Shown here: in pieces, positions 38,682-52,079 of the stretch
How positions within the stretch are numbered: the stretch's first letter is position 1
Layout of the letters: each line of letters starts with the position of its first letter
Source of the DNA: Rhodosorus marinus CCMP1338
Taxonomy: Eukaryota > Plantae > Rhodophyta
Length of the DNA: 64,000 bases
Assembly (NCBI GenBank): GCA_029953675.1
Contig: JAMWBK010000008.1
Span: 682,001 to 746,000 of the forward strand
Reading direction: 5' to 3'
The notes under the pieces: model-generated
What the model saw: the letters and a program-made list of their open reading frames with translations, nothing else
The model's database searches: none
Told to the model about the DNA's origin: nothing
Position numbers and translations under genes: made by a program

Positions 38682-41330
38682 TTAGTTTATAGATCGTATC
38701 GACCCGAACGGACAAATCGGACACACTCGTCCCTGCTCCAGCCCGGCAGCCAAGGAAAAACCTGCCGGGCAGGTCGTGCAACCTAAGTACGGTGATCCAA
38801 GCGTCCCAAATGTCTGTTCCACCCAAGGCACCAGATTGTGAAAGAACGCGAAGCAAGATTGGGGTCAGCGCAGGATTGTATCTGGGACAATTCGACAAAG
38901 TATCAGACGTGACATACCATAAAGCATAGCTTGGAAGAGGTCGGCACTCGGACGTTTGTGTCGCCATGCTGCTGGCATGTCAAAACTACCCTCTGAATCT
39001 TTTCTTTCTGGTCAGGATCTGCATCGGGAATAACAGACTATTTCCGAGAGGGAGTTAGAAACGCGATTATGATCCGACTGGGCGCTTTCGCGGGTTGCGC
39101 CTTCCAGATATGATGTACCCTAACGAACCTTGGCATAGCTCGATGCGAGACCGTAGTTTCCGACCATCATGTGCTTCTGAGCGGCCATGAGACGTGCTCC
39201 GGTACGCTGACGAGGGAGCAGAGGTAGCTCGGCAAGGGCGGAGCTCAAAAACGCTACTCCGAGCATGCTGTTCTGTCCCTTAGATTCTGCTATTTGCATA
39301 CGGAGGATCAACTCCAGAGCGAATGAATAAAAGACTGCAAGCGCAAGATCTGGATCCGGACGACCAGCGCCAATAGCGTCCTTGGCCGCAGTGAGGGCTG
39401 CCTGAAAATCTCCTTGCGTCATAAGGTCCCCAACTCGATTAATCAACTCCTTTCTACCCTGTGGCATCGGCGGCTCTCGCATTACTTGGTCAACTGAGAG
39501 CGAACCCATTCCCGACACTACGGGGTCGGGAGGACCGTCAAAACCACCTGGAGGTGGTCCTCTTGACTGGGGAGGACCGAAGCCCTCGGGTGGGTTTTCG
39601 TCGTCACTGCTATCCAAGAAAGTGCCCTTCACAGCAGCCGGGCGAGGTGAGTTGCTTGCTCCATCGTCAATGTCCTGCGGAACTGAACGCTGGGATGACC
39701 CTCGTGATATGCGAGCTTTCGGTGCTCCCCCTCCTGAATCGCGACTGGTGCTGTCCTCCTGTTGTTTCTTGCCCCTTCGTCCTATGCCAAAGCTTGGAAT
39801 GAGCCTGTTCTTAGGTTTCCTGCTGGTGCCAAAACCGTGTGAATGCGTGTTCAATTCAATCTAGCATAAGAAATTATCTGACAGGTCGTGCTACAGCTGA
39901 TCAGCATGCTTACGGCTTTGCATCTCCCTCTGCGGATATCCGTGGCTCTCTTGGTGGCGCGACCGCCTCTGTTTTCTTCGGTTTGGGCTTGGTCACGTCC
40001 TTAGACTAAGATTTCAGATGAACAAAAGAGCCATTCTCAAATCAGTCAATACCTTGACCTGAGAGATGATCTCGAATTCAGTGTGGATCATTGTTGGCGT
40101 TACAATACCAAGGCTTTGGTGCCGAAAAGGCCTCCAAGACCCCCGCTAAGACCTCTCTTCTTAATCTCGGCTTCATCGAAGAACGACTTCTCTATTTCGC
40201 TCAGCAGCAGTGCATCGCCGCTGGCCTTGTAAACGTCTGAGTAGCTTTTATCTGAGTTGGCTAGGATTCCAACAACAATAAGGCGAACACGTCGAGGGAC
40301 ATAAGAGTCACGAGGAGGAAGCACCAGCAATCATTAGGAATTAGTTGTCCATCATGAGCTTGATCGTGTTATATCGCTTTGTAGCTTACAGCCAAGGCCA
40401 GCCGAGTTCTTACTCACGCAATCTCGCATGACGCCTAGTGAGTAGTTTGCATCGGTTGCTGTATCTACCATTGGTTCGCTGTCGTTCCACAGTACGATCA
40501 CTCGATACTTGGCTTCCACAACTGTGTAAGATATCCTCGGCGGTGGGTCCCATCTGGCGATCACCTCCTCTGGGGTCGTTGCAATTCCTTGAAGGGAATC
40601 ACAATGAGCAGAAAACTTCAAAAGCACATCTCGCGTCTGTTCTGGGCCAAGACCTCCTCGCACAAGCCTCACAAGAAGCGGCTCACGGCCCGGAATATCC
40701 CACAAGACCACCCCGAGAAGTCCCATCTAAATCTTCAAAAGGTGACCAAAAGATCCCGATCCGAAACCATAAAAAAAAAAAAATCCCACTCGCTTGGAGG
40801 ACTGAAATCCACCAAGTCAACAGATTGAATGCTCTTCGGCAAGATTCTTCTACAAACCCAACCAAGTACAAGTGGACCACAGCACAAGAATCTTTGATCC
40901 TAGATTTTGATCCCTCCCACCCACCCTCCTAAAAAGCCCATCCCAACCTGGCTGCAATCTCCGGCGATAGCTTTCTCCAAAGTATCCATCCCGACTTAGT
41001 GAATTAGTGAAAAGCACCCCTTCGACCTGCTCAACACAATCCCGGCAGCTGTCATACCACGTGATTGTGAGATTTTTTTGGGAGTGGGTGGAGTCCGTGG
41101 CTAAGACGGCTATGTTCATGAAAATTTCAGACTGCTCAGGGATAGATAGGGTGGAGCCGTTTTACCGAGCTTGGATTTTTTCGTTTCGGCTGCCGATACC
41201 GAGCCTATGGGCCTATGGCCGACATGGATCCCCGGCTGTGGGTTGCGTCTGCCGTTCTAAACTAGATAGGCTCTAGGCATACTCGTTGATGATATGCGTA
41301 ACGCTCATTTAGACCGTGCAGCCTTTCCAT
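38682..41330 (-). CDS. Uncharacterised multi-exon protein with an alpha-COP/TTRAY C-terminal-like helical + Zn-finger domain
   Basis: Several long - strand exons. C-terminal LAELPLLPRQRTGARLMAAQKHMMVGNYGLA, then CTTCPAGF..VCPICPFGSIRS* (stop at 38682). 5' end uncertain. Confidence 0.55.
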
Positions 41331-42118
41331 CTGGGTTTCCGACGTTGACTCATCGATCTATGGTGGACCCTCGCTGCGCCCGCCCGGAAAAGAAAAAACG
41401 TCCACCGCACCCCGAACGAGGGGATTTTTTTCGCTCTCGATTCGGAGTCGTTTTGGGTCCACTACACAAATGCAAACAGTTTTCATGCCATGGATGATTG
41501 ACCTTCCTCTACTCTGGCTTCTCTTGTTGATCGGCGACAACCCTCAACAGACTCTGAAACCAAAATTCTCACCTTGCGGAAATGCCAGAAAAGCTACAGC
41601 AGCCCCAAATATTGTCATTGAAATCCCGTAAACCATCTAGAACTTGTTCGATCAAGATCTTGACTATCCTCTCTTAACCTCAAACTGTCCCAATCACTTT
41701 CCTATTTTCAATCAATATAATACTATAATTTTTATACATAAGGTCATATTTACTACTTATTTACTACAGACAAAATTATTCTGCAGTTAATAGTTAAATA
41801 ATAGACACAATTTTCTTTTTGATTGAAACAATACTTTGTTTGCAAATATATTCTAAATACATGATATATTTGGGCATGATCCACGTTTATTTAGAGCTAT
41901 TGTCTTAATCAAAAGAGGTGTCAGTTCTTTCACTAGTGTTTGTTTTAATAGCATTTCTTTATTTTTGGTGATTGGATGCGGTGGGGTTGGTTGAGTGTTA
42001 TCCGCTTTTTGGGGGGTTTTGGTCGTGGGAAGAGGGAAAGGGGTTTGGAGGGGGTGGCAGCGATGGATTTAGACGGAAATTGGAAGTCAAGAATTGTGAG
42101 GAAGGATATTTTTGGAAG

Positions 42119-44913
42119 ATGTCAACGTATTCCCGACGTCTTTCTCCGCGGCGGGTTGAAGATGGTGGGCTGAGTTTACGACCAGAACCGGGGCCCGGTC
42201 GGAAATCGGCTTCGGTGGATATTTCGATGCCCAAGATGGACAAGTTGGAGAAGAAGTCAAGATTCAATGCTGTTCAGCTGCCAAGCTCTTTTCTTCTGGC
42301 TATCGTTGCGTTCGGGGCTGTTTTCGTGTTGTTTGTCCTGGCGGTTGTCAGCCTGCGGCAGCCAGCAACGGTGAGACAGAGGACTGCGGCGGAGTTGGAA
42401 ACAGTGAATCGCACTGTGGAAATTGTGGAAGAACCGAAGATTTTTGATGTCCAACTGGATGAGCTTCGAGGGTTCTTGGATTCCCATCTTCAACGAAATC
42501 GTCTTTCAATATCCATCGTAGCAGCATGCCGCAACCGGGCACACGATATGGACGTCTCTTTGCAAACGTGGCTTAGGGTGAAGAACATCGATGAGATTAT
42601 CCTCGTTGACTGGACTAGTTCAAATAGAGCCAGCTTCCTAGGATCTTCCAGACGAAGCGGCGAGCTTGGGAAGAAGCTGGTGCTAGTGCGCGTCGAAGAT
42701 CAGAAGGAGTGGGTCCTGACCAGAGCATATAATTTGGCTATAAAGGTTGCTTCTGGACCATGGATATTGAAGGTCAGTCTGTTCTTCGCTGGCATCGCGA
42801 AAGCGGTACCGTGATTATGTCCGTGCTGTTGCTCAAATTTTCTAGTTGCGTCTGATATTGTGTTGACTACAGGTTGACTGCGATACCCTCGTACACCCAG
42901 ACTTTGTAGAGAGGCATCCAATTCAGAAAGGTTCCTTCTATTCGTTGAAATTCCCTCGAAATTCGAACGAAGCTCGGCTCAGTGGGGTGCTCTTCGCCGG
43001 ACGAGATGATTTGCTGAAAGTGCACGGCTACGACGAGCGACTGGTTCGGTATGGCTACGAAGAGAAGGACCTCTTGAGACGCCTGTCCTTGCTTGATGGT
43101 CGAGATCTTGATCCTGAGTACATCAGTCACATTCCGCATAGCGATCCAAAGGGGACGACAGACGTAGGATCCATTCGAATCGTAAGCCCAGGGGCACCAG
43201 GTTCCAACGATGAAGAAGCAAATGATCTGAACAGCACACGTCGCACTGCTCATTACAGGTTTCATCGGAGGTGAACAAGGCGGTCCTTGAGAGCAGCAAA
43301 AAGTGGACAGAAGTAATAGCTTCAGACGCTGACGCGCCTTCAAGCTACAAGTACACAATAGAGGGAGATCCGAAAGGAGCTTGGTGGGTTAGCACCGAGG
43401 TAGGGTCAAGCATGGATGCTTGGAAGGGCTTATTGCAAGTCGCAGTCTCTAAACTGGCTCCGCCCCTGCTGTTGAGTTTGTAGGTCCAGTATACCCCACA
43501 GGCGCTGGAGGACGTGGTGGGAGCTAACAATGAGAGCGCTCTTGTGGTTGCGAGCAAACGGGTTCTTCATGACAACTACAGCGTTCCGTGGGATGTTGTC
43601 TCAAATTTGTCGACTGAAAATTTGTTCGACGTGAGTTGTCAAGTCCTTCAGCATATTCCGTTTAATACGATCGTCTTGTCCATCAGCACGTGGGCGATGG
43701 CGCCCTTCTGACACGCAGGTTGCTGTTTTCTTCCGCTCTCGCCCCTTAATGTGCTCGACGCGCACATAGTTGTTGCTCATGGTCTGCTCTCCGATCCTCC
43801 CTGGCCGCATCCTTTTCGTTGATGCTGGAAAGTCAATGATTTCTGTTATCTCTGCAGTAGCCGCGGCCGCACGAATGGAAAGACCGCTAGTCCTCACATG
43901 GGACGGCTCTAATGCAAGCGCGTTAATCGATGATTTGTGGGATATCGACGCGACGAACGATAGTATTGCAGAGGACGACTCTGCCAGTGAAGCGGTAAGC
44001 TATTCGGCCTAAAACAAAATCTGAAACCCGCGTTGAAAGCTCCGCTTGGCGTCGTTGGGTAGTTAAGATTCCGGACACCCGAACCTAATGGGGCGGGGTG
44101 GGCTGGTTAGTATTTTGTCTAGAACATGGCTTTTTTAGTTTGATATTAGAAGAAAACTGACGTTCTACCTTCCTCGTAACCCGTTTCGTTTCTGATAGTA
44201 TACTGTGATATTTAAGTTGAATGAATGGAAGTGCAAAGAGCACGACCTTTCGGATTGTAGGAATGAGGACGGTGTATATTCAAGGATGGAAGTGTTCTAT
44301 CCTGGTATGGGTCACATGAGAGACCCGCCCCTTCAACATATGTTCATACCAGCGTCTGTTGAGACGCCCTTTATCTATGACGACGAGGGAGCGGAGGATG
44401 CGGTGGACTTTTCTAGAAAAGGAGACAAGCGGACGCATGTAAATATCGCGCTCGTCTTAACCAAGTGGCTCGTCCCCTCTGCACACGTAAAGCGGCTACT
44501 TCGCAACTATAAGGACTATCTGAGCGCCACTTGTGTTGTTGGTGAGCGGGGACTGAACAAGCTCTTCGAGCAAAAGGATAGCATCTTGGTACGATTCTCT
44601 ACTCCGTCTTAAGAATGCGATTTGTGCAATACTCACTCGAGCGCCTTTGGTTCTTCTCCAGGGAGAAATATACGTTTTCGGCACGGATGGTAAGCACAAG
44701 GTCGACTGGCTAGGGAAGGAGATGAAAGTAGTGGGTGGTGCGTGTGCAGTGGGAAGGCACTGTGCACAGAGACGGATAGCTGATCTCTACGGTATTCTAT
44801 TATGTGAGAAAGTGGTAGATGGCTCCACAGACGGTGACGACACTGTTCAACGAATGTGGGAAGCTTATAGCCCATGGCGAACGAAGGGCCGGTATCATTT
44901 CGAGATTAAGTAG
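42119..44913 (+). CDS. Type II membrane GT-A (GT2/GT7-like) glycosyltransferase with a long C-terminal extension (multi-exon)
   Basis: N-terminal TM helix, SIVAACRNR, IILVDW, WVLTRAYNLAI..ILKV/DCD (DxD) and HGYDERLVRYGYEEKDL. Confidence 0.8.
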
Positions 44914-45442
44914 GACCAAGCCTTCCTCGAATTTGTGTAGACTTGGCGTCTCCAGTGTCAATACCGAGTCGATTATTCAATTTACTAACTGGTCAGGACC
45001 ATGAAAACACACGCTTTGCCGAGACAATTCGATCCAATCAACTGTTCAAAATCCCTGTACAATGAGTTCCTTCCTACGCAAGGGTTGGCTTCTCGTCCTC
45101 CTTGAGGACATTGAAACCCACGGCTTCGCATCAGTACTAGACCTTGTCTTCCAACAAACCAACATCCCTCCCCCACCGAGGGTTTCCCTCAAAACACTCT
45201 CCAGGCGGACTGCTTCCCCACAAACACCCTCGTCGTGATCGGAAGCATAGAGATTGTGTACTCAGTCCCTACGGATACAGTACTTCCGCTTTTGGTTCAT
45301 GAAGTATGGCAGAACCGGCTTCCCGACTTCACGCAAACCAAACTTGGCTTGGCCGACGGTGCCTAGAGCTCACAGCAGCATCCTCGTGGAATACGAAACG
45401 AACCATGTGTGACTTTCTATACTAGGCTGCTCCTATTTGGTA

Positions 45443-46476
45443 CTAGCTACTCTTCGTAGCCGCATCAAGCCTTTCATCGTCTTCAAGCTCTTTGTTGGTA
45501 TCGACGTTGGCGACGGAAAGGCAGATTTTCCTTCCTAAGATGCTTGCTCCTAGATTTTGAAGTAGTCGGTGAAGAAGGGAAAACGGGGTTCATTAGGGGG
45601 GCGTTCAAAGTTGCCAGAAGACAAGAAAGCGTTCAGCATACCATCGAGCGTCTCAATCGCACGAATCGCATCGTCTTTGTTCCTGAACTCCACGAACCCA
45701 ATTCCTCTAGGCGTGCCGGCTTTTTGAGGTATCTGGCACCGAGATATTTCACCGAATGAACTGGGATGGGAAGTATGACCAGGATGAGCTTTCTGATCGC
45801 TTCACGAGCGTTGTCTTTGCAGAGGAGCAGTGTGAAAAGTCTTAGAGACACATACCAGAAAGCTGCGAAGAGATCGTCTTCAGTGCATGAATACGCTAGT
45901 CCCCCGACGAAGACTGACAAGGCGTTTTCATCACGGCTTGCCCTGCGTGAGCGGGGCCGTCTCCTTAAGGGACGCTCTGGAGCATCCTTGATGGACTTGA
46001 TAGCAGCGTCTTCACCCCATATGATCTCCTTCTCGAACGCTCGCCACCCATGCAAGCACATGCTGCAGATTACCATTCTTGGCTCGCCTGCTTCAGAAAA
46101 AGTTTCGAACCAGATTCAAAGCATTAGAACGAGGGTAAAGCAGCGTACGTTCCGTATTGAACGATATCGAATTCGATATGTGGTTGGAAGCAAGCGCCGA
46201 CGAGCTCGGAAGGGGACTTAGCAAAGGCAGCCTACCACAGATCTCTTCGCTCTCTAGGGCGAAAACGGCTCTACAGTTCGGGCACTGTAAGAACGTCGGA
46301 CATCCATCCCAGTAGAAGAAAGCTGGCTCGTGGCCATGATCAGCCTCCATGCAGAGCCGTAGATACGATCGCCGAGAACCCGGGTCCCATCGTGTTCTCT
46401 CCCTTCGTGCTTGTTGCGTCCCTTTCCGGCATACTCTGGGGAACGATCTTGGGACTACAACAAAACCTAATTCCAT
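45443..46476 (-). CDS. Zn-ribbon + RRM RNA-binding protein, probably plastid-targeted (multi-exon)
   Basis: Transit-like MELGFVVVP, CPNC..CSMCLHGW across intron 46088-46235 (in frame), RNP2 VFVGGL and RNP1 RGIGFVEF. Stop at 45443. Confidence 0.75.
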
Positions 46477-47315
46477 CTCACATCAGTTCTAGAATACTCA
46501 TTTACGTATTGATTTTCAGCTTATCTTCGCTAACCCCACCCTCCCCAAAATCCTCAAAATCTGGACCCCCGCAATAGATACTGCCTTCAATCATCCTCGG
46601 ACGGCCATTCATCCATTTCCATCTCAAAAGTCTCTATATCCACTTTCCTGAAAACATTTACCTTTCGAAGATATTCGCGGCAAATACATTTATTTATTAA
46701 TTCAATACAATAACTTATTTACCAATTATATAAGATTAAATAAATACTGTCCAATTATAATCTGTATAGTTTCTTCTTCATTGAGAATAATTTGATTTTA
46801 TGCTTGTGATGAGCCAATAGCTTGACAAGGACTGCTGTTGGGGATGGAGATGTTGACTTCGTTCATGAGGATGGACTGCTGAGCGTAAGGAGAGAGACAT
46901 GGTACATAACGGTATTGTCTTCTATCCACAACGAGAAATAGCATAGGTACGTCTGTTTGAATATGAAAAGGAAGAAAAAACATCTCCGTGTAACGGAAGA
47001 ACGCTGAAATATTCACGGTTTGCAGACAACGGCAAGAGGATAACGGCGTTCTCGGAGGTGGGCGAAGGGGAACTGGAGGGATAGCTTCATCCAACTGGCG
47101 AAGTGTTAAACACGGTTATTTTTTATGTAAGAAGTGCTGTTGCAGAATCAAACAAATCTGACGTTTGACGCCGAACAACACCGGTGTATCCGAATCCTAC
47201 GGATCGGAGGTAGAGAGCTTTATCGAGGTTGACTCAACGAGGGCGGTTTTAGTGTCAGACAACAGTATGCATCGACACTGAGGCAGGTGAAATCTCACGG
47301 TCAACGCGCTTTCAT

Positions 47316-48952
47316 GTGAAGATGAAAGTTATCCTGGACGAAGACGGCAGCGAGCTGTCCATTGAGTCAAATGGAAACAGCCACTCTACAGCTGGGTTGA
47401 TCCTCGGTGCGTGCAAGACTGGCATTTCTGCCTCGTGTTGGCATCCAACAAGGCAAATCTTCGCAGTAGCTTCTTGTGAGACCGAAGACAATCACGAGTT
47501 TCACAAACCTAGCGAACGTTACAGACTCGGTGAGTGCTCCGTCGATTTGTGGGAAGTGGTTGAGAGGAATGATGAGCCTTCAGCTAAGAAGATAGGCTCG
47601 TGCAAGTACCCCGGCGCATGTGTATATGATGTGTCGTTCAGTCCGAATGGACAGCTCCTAGCTGTCGTGACTGCCTCCGGAGACGTCTACTTGCGATCAT
47701 ATGAAGGTGGATCACGGCTCTCCCTTCCGGAGAATGTCGAAAGTCAGCTTGTTGGCGAAGACCCTTTGATTCAATGGCGACTGTCCTGGTGCCCGAATGA
47801 GAACCAGCTTGCCGTTGGCTGTTTCAACGGATCAGTTATCATGTGGAATATCGAGAATGGAAGGAACTGGATCTCTCAGGCCCATACGTCCGCTATCAGA
47901 TGCATTCGCTTTCGCGAAGATGGTGAGCTTTTTGCGACGGCAGGACACGACGGACGGATCAAAGTGTGGAATACAGGAAGGCCTTTGGTTCCGGTTGCAG
48001 ACGAAAAACTGGGTCTCCTGTGGCTGCTCTCCATAGAATGGATTTCAGACCGAGAAATCGCGGTAGCTGCGGACGATGGGTTCGTGAGAGTGGTATCCTT
48101 TGTCCTGGAAAAAGGAAGGGCTTCTTCTTCTTCGGTCGTGTGTCATTCTGGTAGCGTATGGGATTTGTCCTTTTTCAAGGTACGAAACCGTAGTTTAGAT
48201 CAGGTGGTCCCTCTGACCGCCTCTGTCAGTGAGATACTGATGTCCTGACTCTATTCCGAACTTGAAACACATGATCTACGTACAGAAAGAATCTCTGGAC
48301 AGGTCCGAGATTTTAAGTTGTGGGTCGGACGGCGCAATATCGATGTTTACCATAGGAGAATCAGTGGCGTTACAGTCCGCAAAACGAAACAGAAGGCATC
48401 CATCGAAACCCCCGAGAAGACTACTGACATTGGCGGAAGCTCCCGAGGCCAACTCTGCACCTTCGGAGGATCAGACCTTCAAATTAACGTATCAAAGTGC
48501 TGGTAGGGAAGACCGGGAGAAGACCGTTCTCGCTTATCCGCTTCTCCCATCCTGGAATCCAGTCACCAGAACTTTTTTTATACCTTTTTTCTACAGGTCC
48601 TGCGCTTGTGGATCGATCTATACTCGGAAAGCATAACAGGACGGTTCTTGAGCTTCCGCTGTCGAAGTCGAAGGCCTTGACGAACTTGCACCTGTCCAGC
48701 CCGATACCTATTGGTGTAGAGCGGAAGCGCTATATCTTGGCCACGGGAGCGCAGGGACTGTTCCTAGTAGCTGTTTGTAAATCTGAGGTTGATGAAGGAA
48801 ACCAATCCAGCAAACCGAAAAGAGCAAGGCGAAGCACGACAGGGCAGGGCTCCTCGAGTCTTCCAACGGCTGATCCTCCCCGCAGGTCTACGAAAAGGGT
48901 CACGAGGAAAAACTATGCGGCTCTGCTGTCCGGAACAGATTCCGATGAGTAA
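47316..48952 (+). CDS. WD40-repeat protein, possibly TFIIIC subunit GTF3C2-like (upstream exons likely)
   Basis: Repeats VYDVSFSP, WRLSWCP..LAVGCFNGSVIMW, ATAGHDGRIKVW, HSGSVWDLSF and SCGSDG. The GTF3C2 resemblance is from recall only. Confidence 0.75.
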
Positions 48953-50481
48953 GAATGGTGATAAGCACGAGACCTCCTTTGAAGCCCAGCAACTAGAGGT
49001 TGGATAGAAGATTCAGTTATTTAAAGTCGAATTGGGAATCGTCGTCCGCCTCCCGGCTTTGGCTTTGCGATTTTCCCTACTCGGGGGTCGAGCGTAGAGT
49101 GGCAAGGGTACCCGCAAGAATAGTTTTTATGTGACTGTGACACTATGCCGATATCTGCGGTCTCTCACCGGCAGTAACTCCTGGTTTTGGAAAAGCTGCA
49201 TTACGTAATTTCTGCAGGAACTCAACCCTTTCGGTCCTTTTAGAGAGTAGACAGTCCACGTCCACAGCCGCGGGTTTGGTCATGGCGTGAGAGCTTGCAC
49301 CTTCCTGCACAACTTCCAGTTTTCTGAGTGTAGTATATCGCCTACACTTCAAACACATAGGTGACAATTTTGCGACGTGGAATTCACTTCCGTTGGACGT
49401 ATCAGTTTAAGTTCGGTGCACAAACACCACGAGAGATTATTCACTACGAATGCGATTGCTTCTGCGTACTGGTTTACGGCCCCGATGTAAGAGCACAGTT
49501 AGATTTTCGGCTTCAGTATCTCAGAGGCAAGCGGAAACTTGTTCACGCTTCTCGCTAGCCCATGAACTGCTTAGTCTTTGCCTGGGAAAAGTCGGCAAAA
49601 ACTGGCCCGAGGAGAGCAAGCCCGTGCCTGACTCTAAACGCCATCTCAATTGCGTTCGCAGCCATGCTCAACCGCGCACGAGCTACCTATAGCGGTGGCC
49701 AGGACGAGGCTCAAGATGTCTGAGCCCCCGAAATGACGCAGGATACTGTAACTGACAGACCAGTATCGCGCTTCTTATATGATGAAAAAGCAACATGTAG
49801 TGCGGTCTGCAGATGCCCGTCTCACAGCATCAACACATGAACGCGCGACAGTTTGCAACTCTCTACTAACTCGCATGTTGCGCAAAAGCAAATACCGTTT
49901 TCTCAGGGTGGCAAACAGGAAGAATACGAAGTCGTTAACCAAGGATGGCAGACCAAAAAAACATCTAGAGTACTGTTAGACATATCTTCGTTGTCTTGTC
50001 TATGAGCTATAGTTTTTCGAGGGTTACGCGCTTGCCTTCAATCAGGAGAAAAGCATCTCGCAAACCACTGTCCCAAGCTTCCCTAACTTCCAGGTTGTCC
50101 AAAAATGGTTCAGTTTTAATGCAGGAAACTGAGGGGCAAAAAATGTCCGCGGCCAACTTCTCCGGAACGAAGCACTTTGGCAGACTGGAACAGAAAGGGC
50201 TTAGAATTCTCGTTCAGAAATGTTTGGGAACATTGTCATATGCACTGATGTAATCGACAAGTTTTGTTGCCGGAGAGAAACCGATCCTCTTCGTGTCGCA
50301 CAGTGTAAAATCCACTTCCGCGTTTGGGACATCGGGTTAAGGATATTTGTTCAATACGCTTTGTGATGCTCTTGGTTTGGGTCGCCGTTAGGCCACTTGA
50401 GCTTAAGCTAGCCTAGCGATCGTCGAGAGCTTGAGCCCATGTTTTGACTTTTGGCTGGAGGTTCGGTACTGAGGCTTGAAG

Positions 50482-51807
50482 ATGAACGTGACGAGTATTC
50501 GATTGTGGCTCTACAGGACCACTCTTTCTGTCTGTGGAGGGTTTGCGCAGTTGATTTGTTTCAGCAGAATTCTGTGGAGGAAGGTACCGCTGCGAGTAAT
50601 CGGCCTTCATAGCCCAACGGCGTTCAGGGTGGGTGACTCGTCTGTGTCCAAAGAATGGCTTTCAGGACTGCTTGGGGAGCGGGTCGTCAAGTGTACGCTG
50701 TCCGCACTGCCTGACTCGCGGGGGATGGTAGGGGACATCAGGAAGCTGTCAGCGGAGTTGGCAAATGGTTCCGTTACGCATTTGGCTTTGAAAACTAGTC
50801 ACAATGGGTGGAAGGGCCGGAGGAATGTTATTGCGTCAGGGGCATACCGGGAGCATTTATTCTACTCCTCGCCAATGCTATCAGGCCTTAAAGATAAGCA
50901 ACTTTCCTGTCCCCTCGTGTACTATTCTTTCGGGTCTGGCATCCTGGGAGAGTACGTGATCCTGATGGACGACCTTACGGAGCAAACTCAAAATGCTGGT
51001 TTAGTATTTGGAAATCAGATCTGGGGTGTACCAGAAAACTTCACGGAAGAATTCTCGAAGCGCCCTGAGTTTGAGCCTCTCAGAGTTCTGTACACAGTTT
51101 TCGAGCAACAGGCAGACATGAACGCAATGTTCTTCAACGATCCAACGCTTCTCGAGAAGAAATGGCTCAAAGGAAGCGAGTGGCATCTTGACGGTGGTCG
51201 AATGTCATGGATAAGTTCAATACGCAGAGCGAAGCAGTCTCTCGCAGCTTCAAAGCAGAGGCTCTTATCAGATCCGGAGCTCAACATTTCAAAGAAGCTG
51301 ATTTCCATCCTCGAACAGTCTTTTGATCGTAGCTCTTGGGAGCTCTTCGTTCGTCATCTCGGAGACCCACAGACGCCATTCACCCTCTGCCATGGTGACC
51401 TCCACGCGAAGAATCTCCTGCTGACAAAAGCAGGTGACCAAGTTCTTCACGTGGATTGGGCAGAGGTCTGCGTCTGGGAACCAGGGGTTGACCTTGCTCA
51501 AATGCTAATCTCCGATGTGAAACCATCAGTTTTTCGCGCACACTCTAGGGCACTGGTAACACATTATTGGGAGCGGTTGATTTCCAAGGCAGGGCTGACA
51601 GAGAGCGAATATCCTTTCGAGAGCTGCTGGGAATCGTTCTGCTCTGGAGGGGTCGGGAAATGGCTTTGGGTTTTTGCTATTATGACCGGGATCCCAGAGC
51701 TACCAGCTCCTTTGCTTCAATACTTTCATGATCAGTTGCTCGCTTTCATCGAAGCGTTCTGCGAGAGACCCTTTTTTGAGCTTCGATCGGTAGTGCTGGT
51801 TCTGTGA
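50482..51807 (+). CDS. Intronless APH/choline/ecdysteroid-kinase-like phosphotransferase
   Basis: Uninterrupted ORF of about 441 codons with YREHLFY, LCHGDLHAKN (catalytic loop) and VDWAEV. Confidence 0.85.
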   Translation: MNVTSIRLWLYRTTLSVCGGFAQLICFSRILWRKVPLRVIGLHSPTAFRVGDSSVSKEWLSGLLGERVVKCTLSALPDSRGMVGDIRKLSAELANGSVTHLALKTSHNGWKGRRNVIASGAYREHLFYSSPMLSGLKDKQLSCPLVYYSFGSGILGEYVILMDDLTEQTQNAGLVFGNQIWGVPENFTEEFSKRPEFEPLRVLYTVFEQQADMNAMFFNDPTLLEKKWLKGSEWHLDGGRMSWISSIRRAKQSLAASKQRLLSDPELNISKKLISILEQSFDRSSWELFVRHLGDPQTPFTLCHGDLHAKNLLLTKAGDQVLHVDWAEVCVWEPGVDLAQMLISDVKPSVFRAHSRALVTHYWERLISKAGLTESEYPFESCWESFCSGGVGKWLWVFAIMTGIPELPAPLLQYFHDQLLAFIEAFCERPFFELRSVVLVL

Positions 51808-52079
51808 AGGCTGAAATCTAACCACCGATTTGTTTTAGTCAGGAGATTCGTTTCGGTATTACAAGAAGTCGTGTGCTCTCCTTTTATCACGCGTAGGCAT
51901 CGTTCCAAGCTGGTCTATGGACCCTTCCTATACACCGGCTAATAAGTCTGGAATCGTCTGTACACATTCTCGTTTCCAGGTAAGACGACAGTATAACACG
52001 CTGAGCGGGTGGATGGCCACCGAAGGATTTACCACCGTGATTCCGTTAGAAGCGCTCCCGTCAGCAAGCAACTGCATCA

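Noticed and set aside
48960-50400. Possible gene or transposon remnant
   Set aside because: Short interrupted frames only, with no RT/integrase/transposase motifs or terminal repeats.
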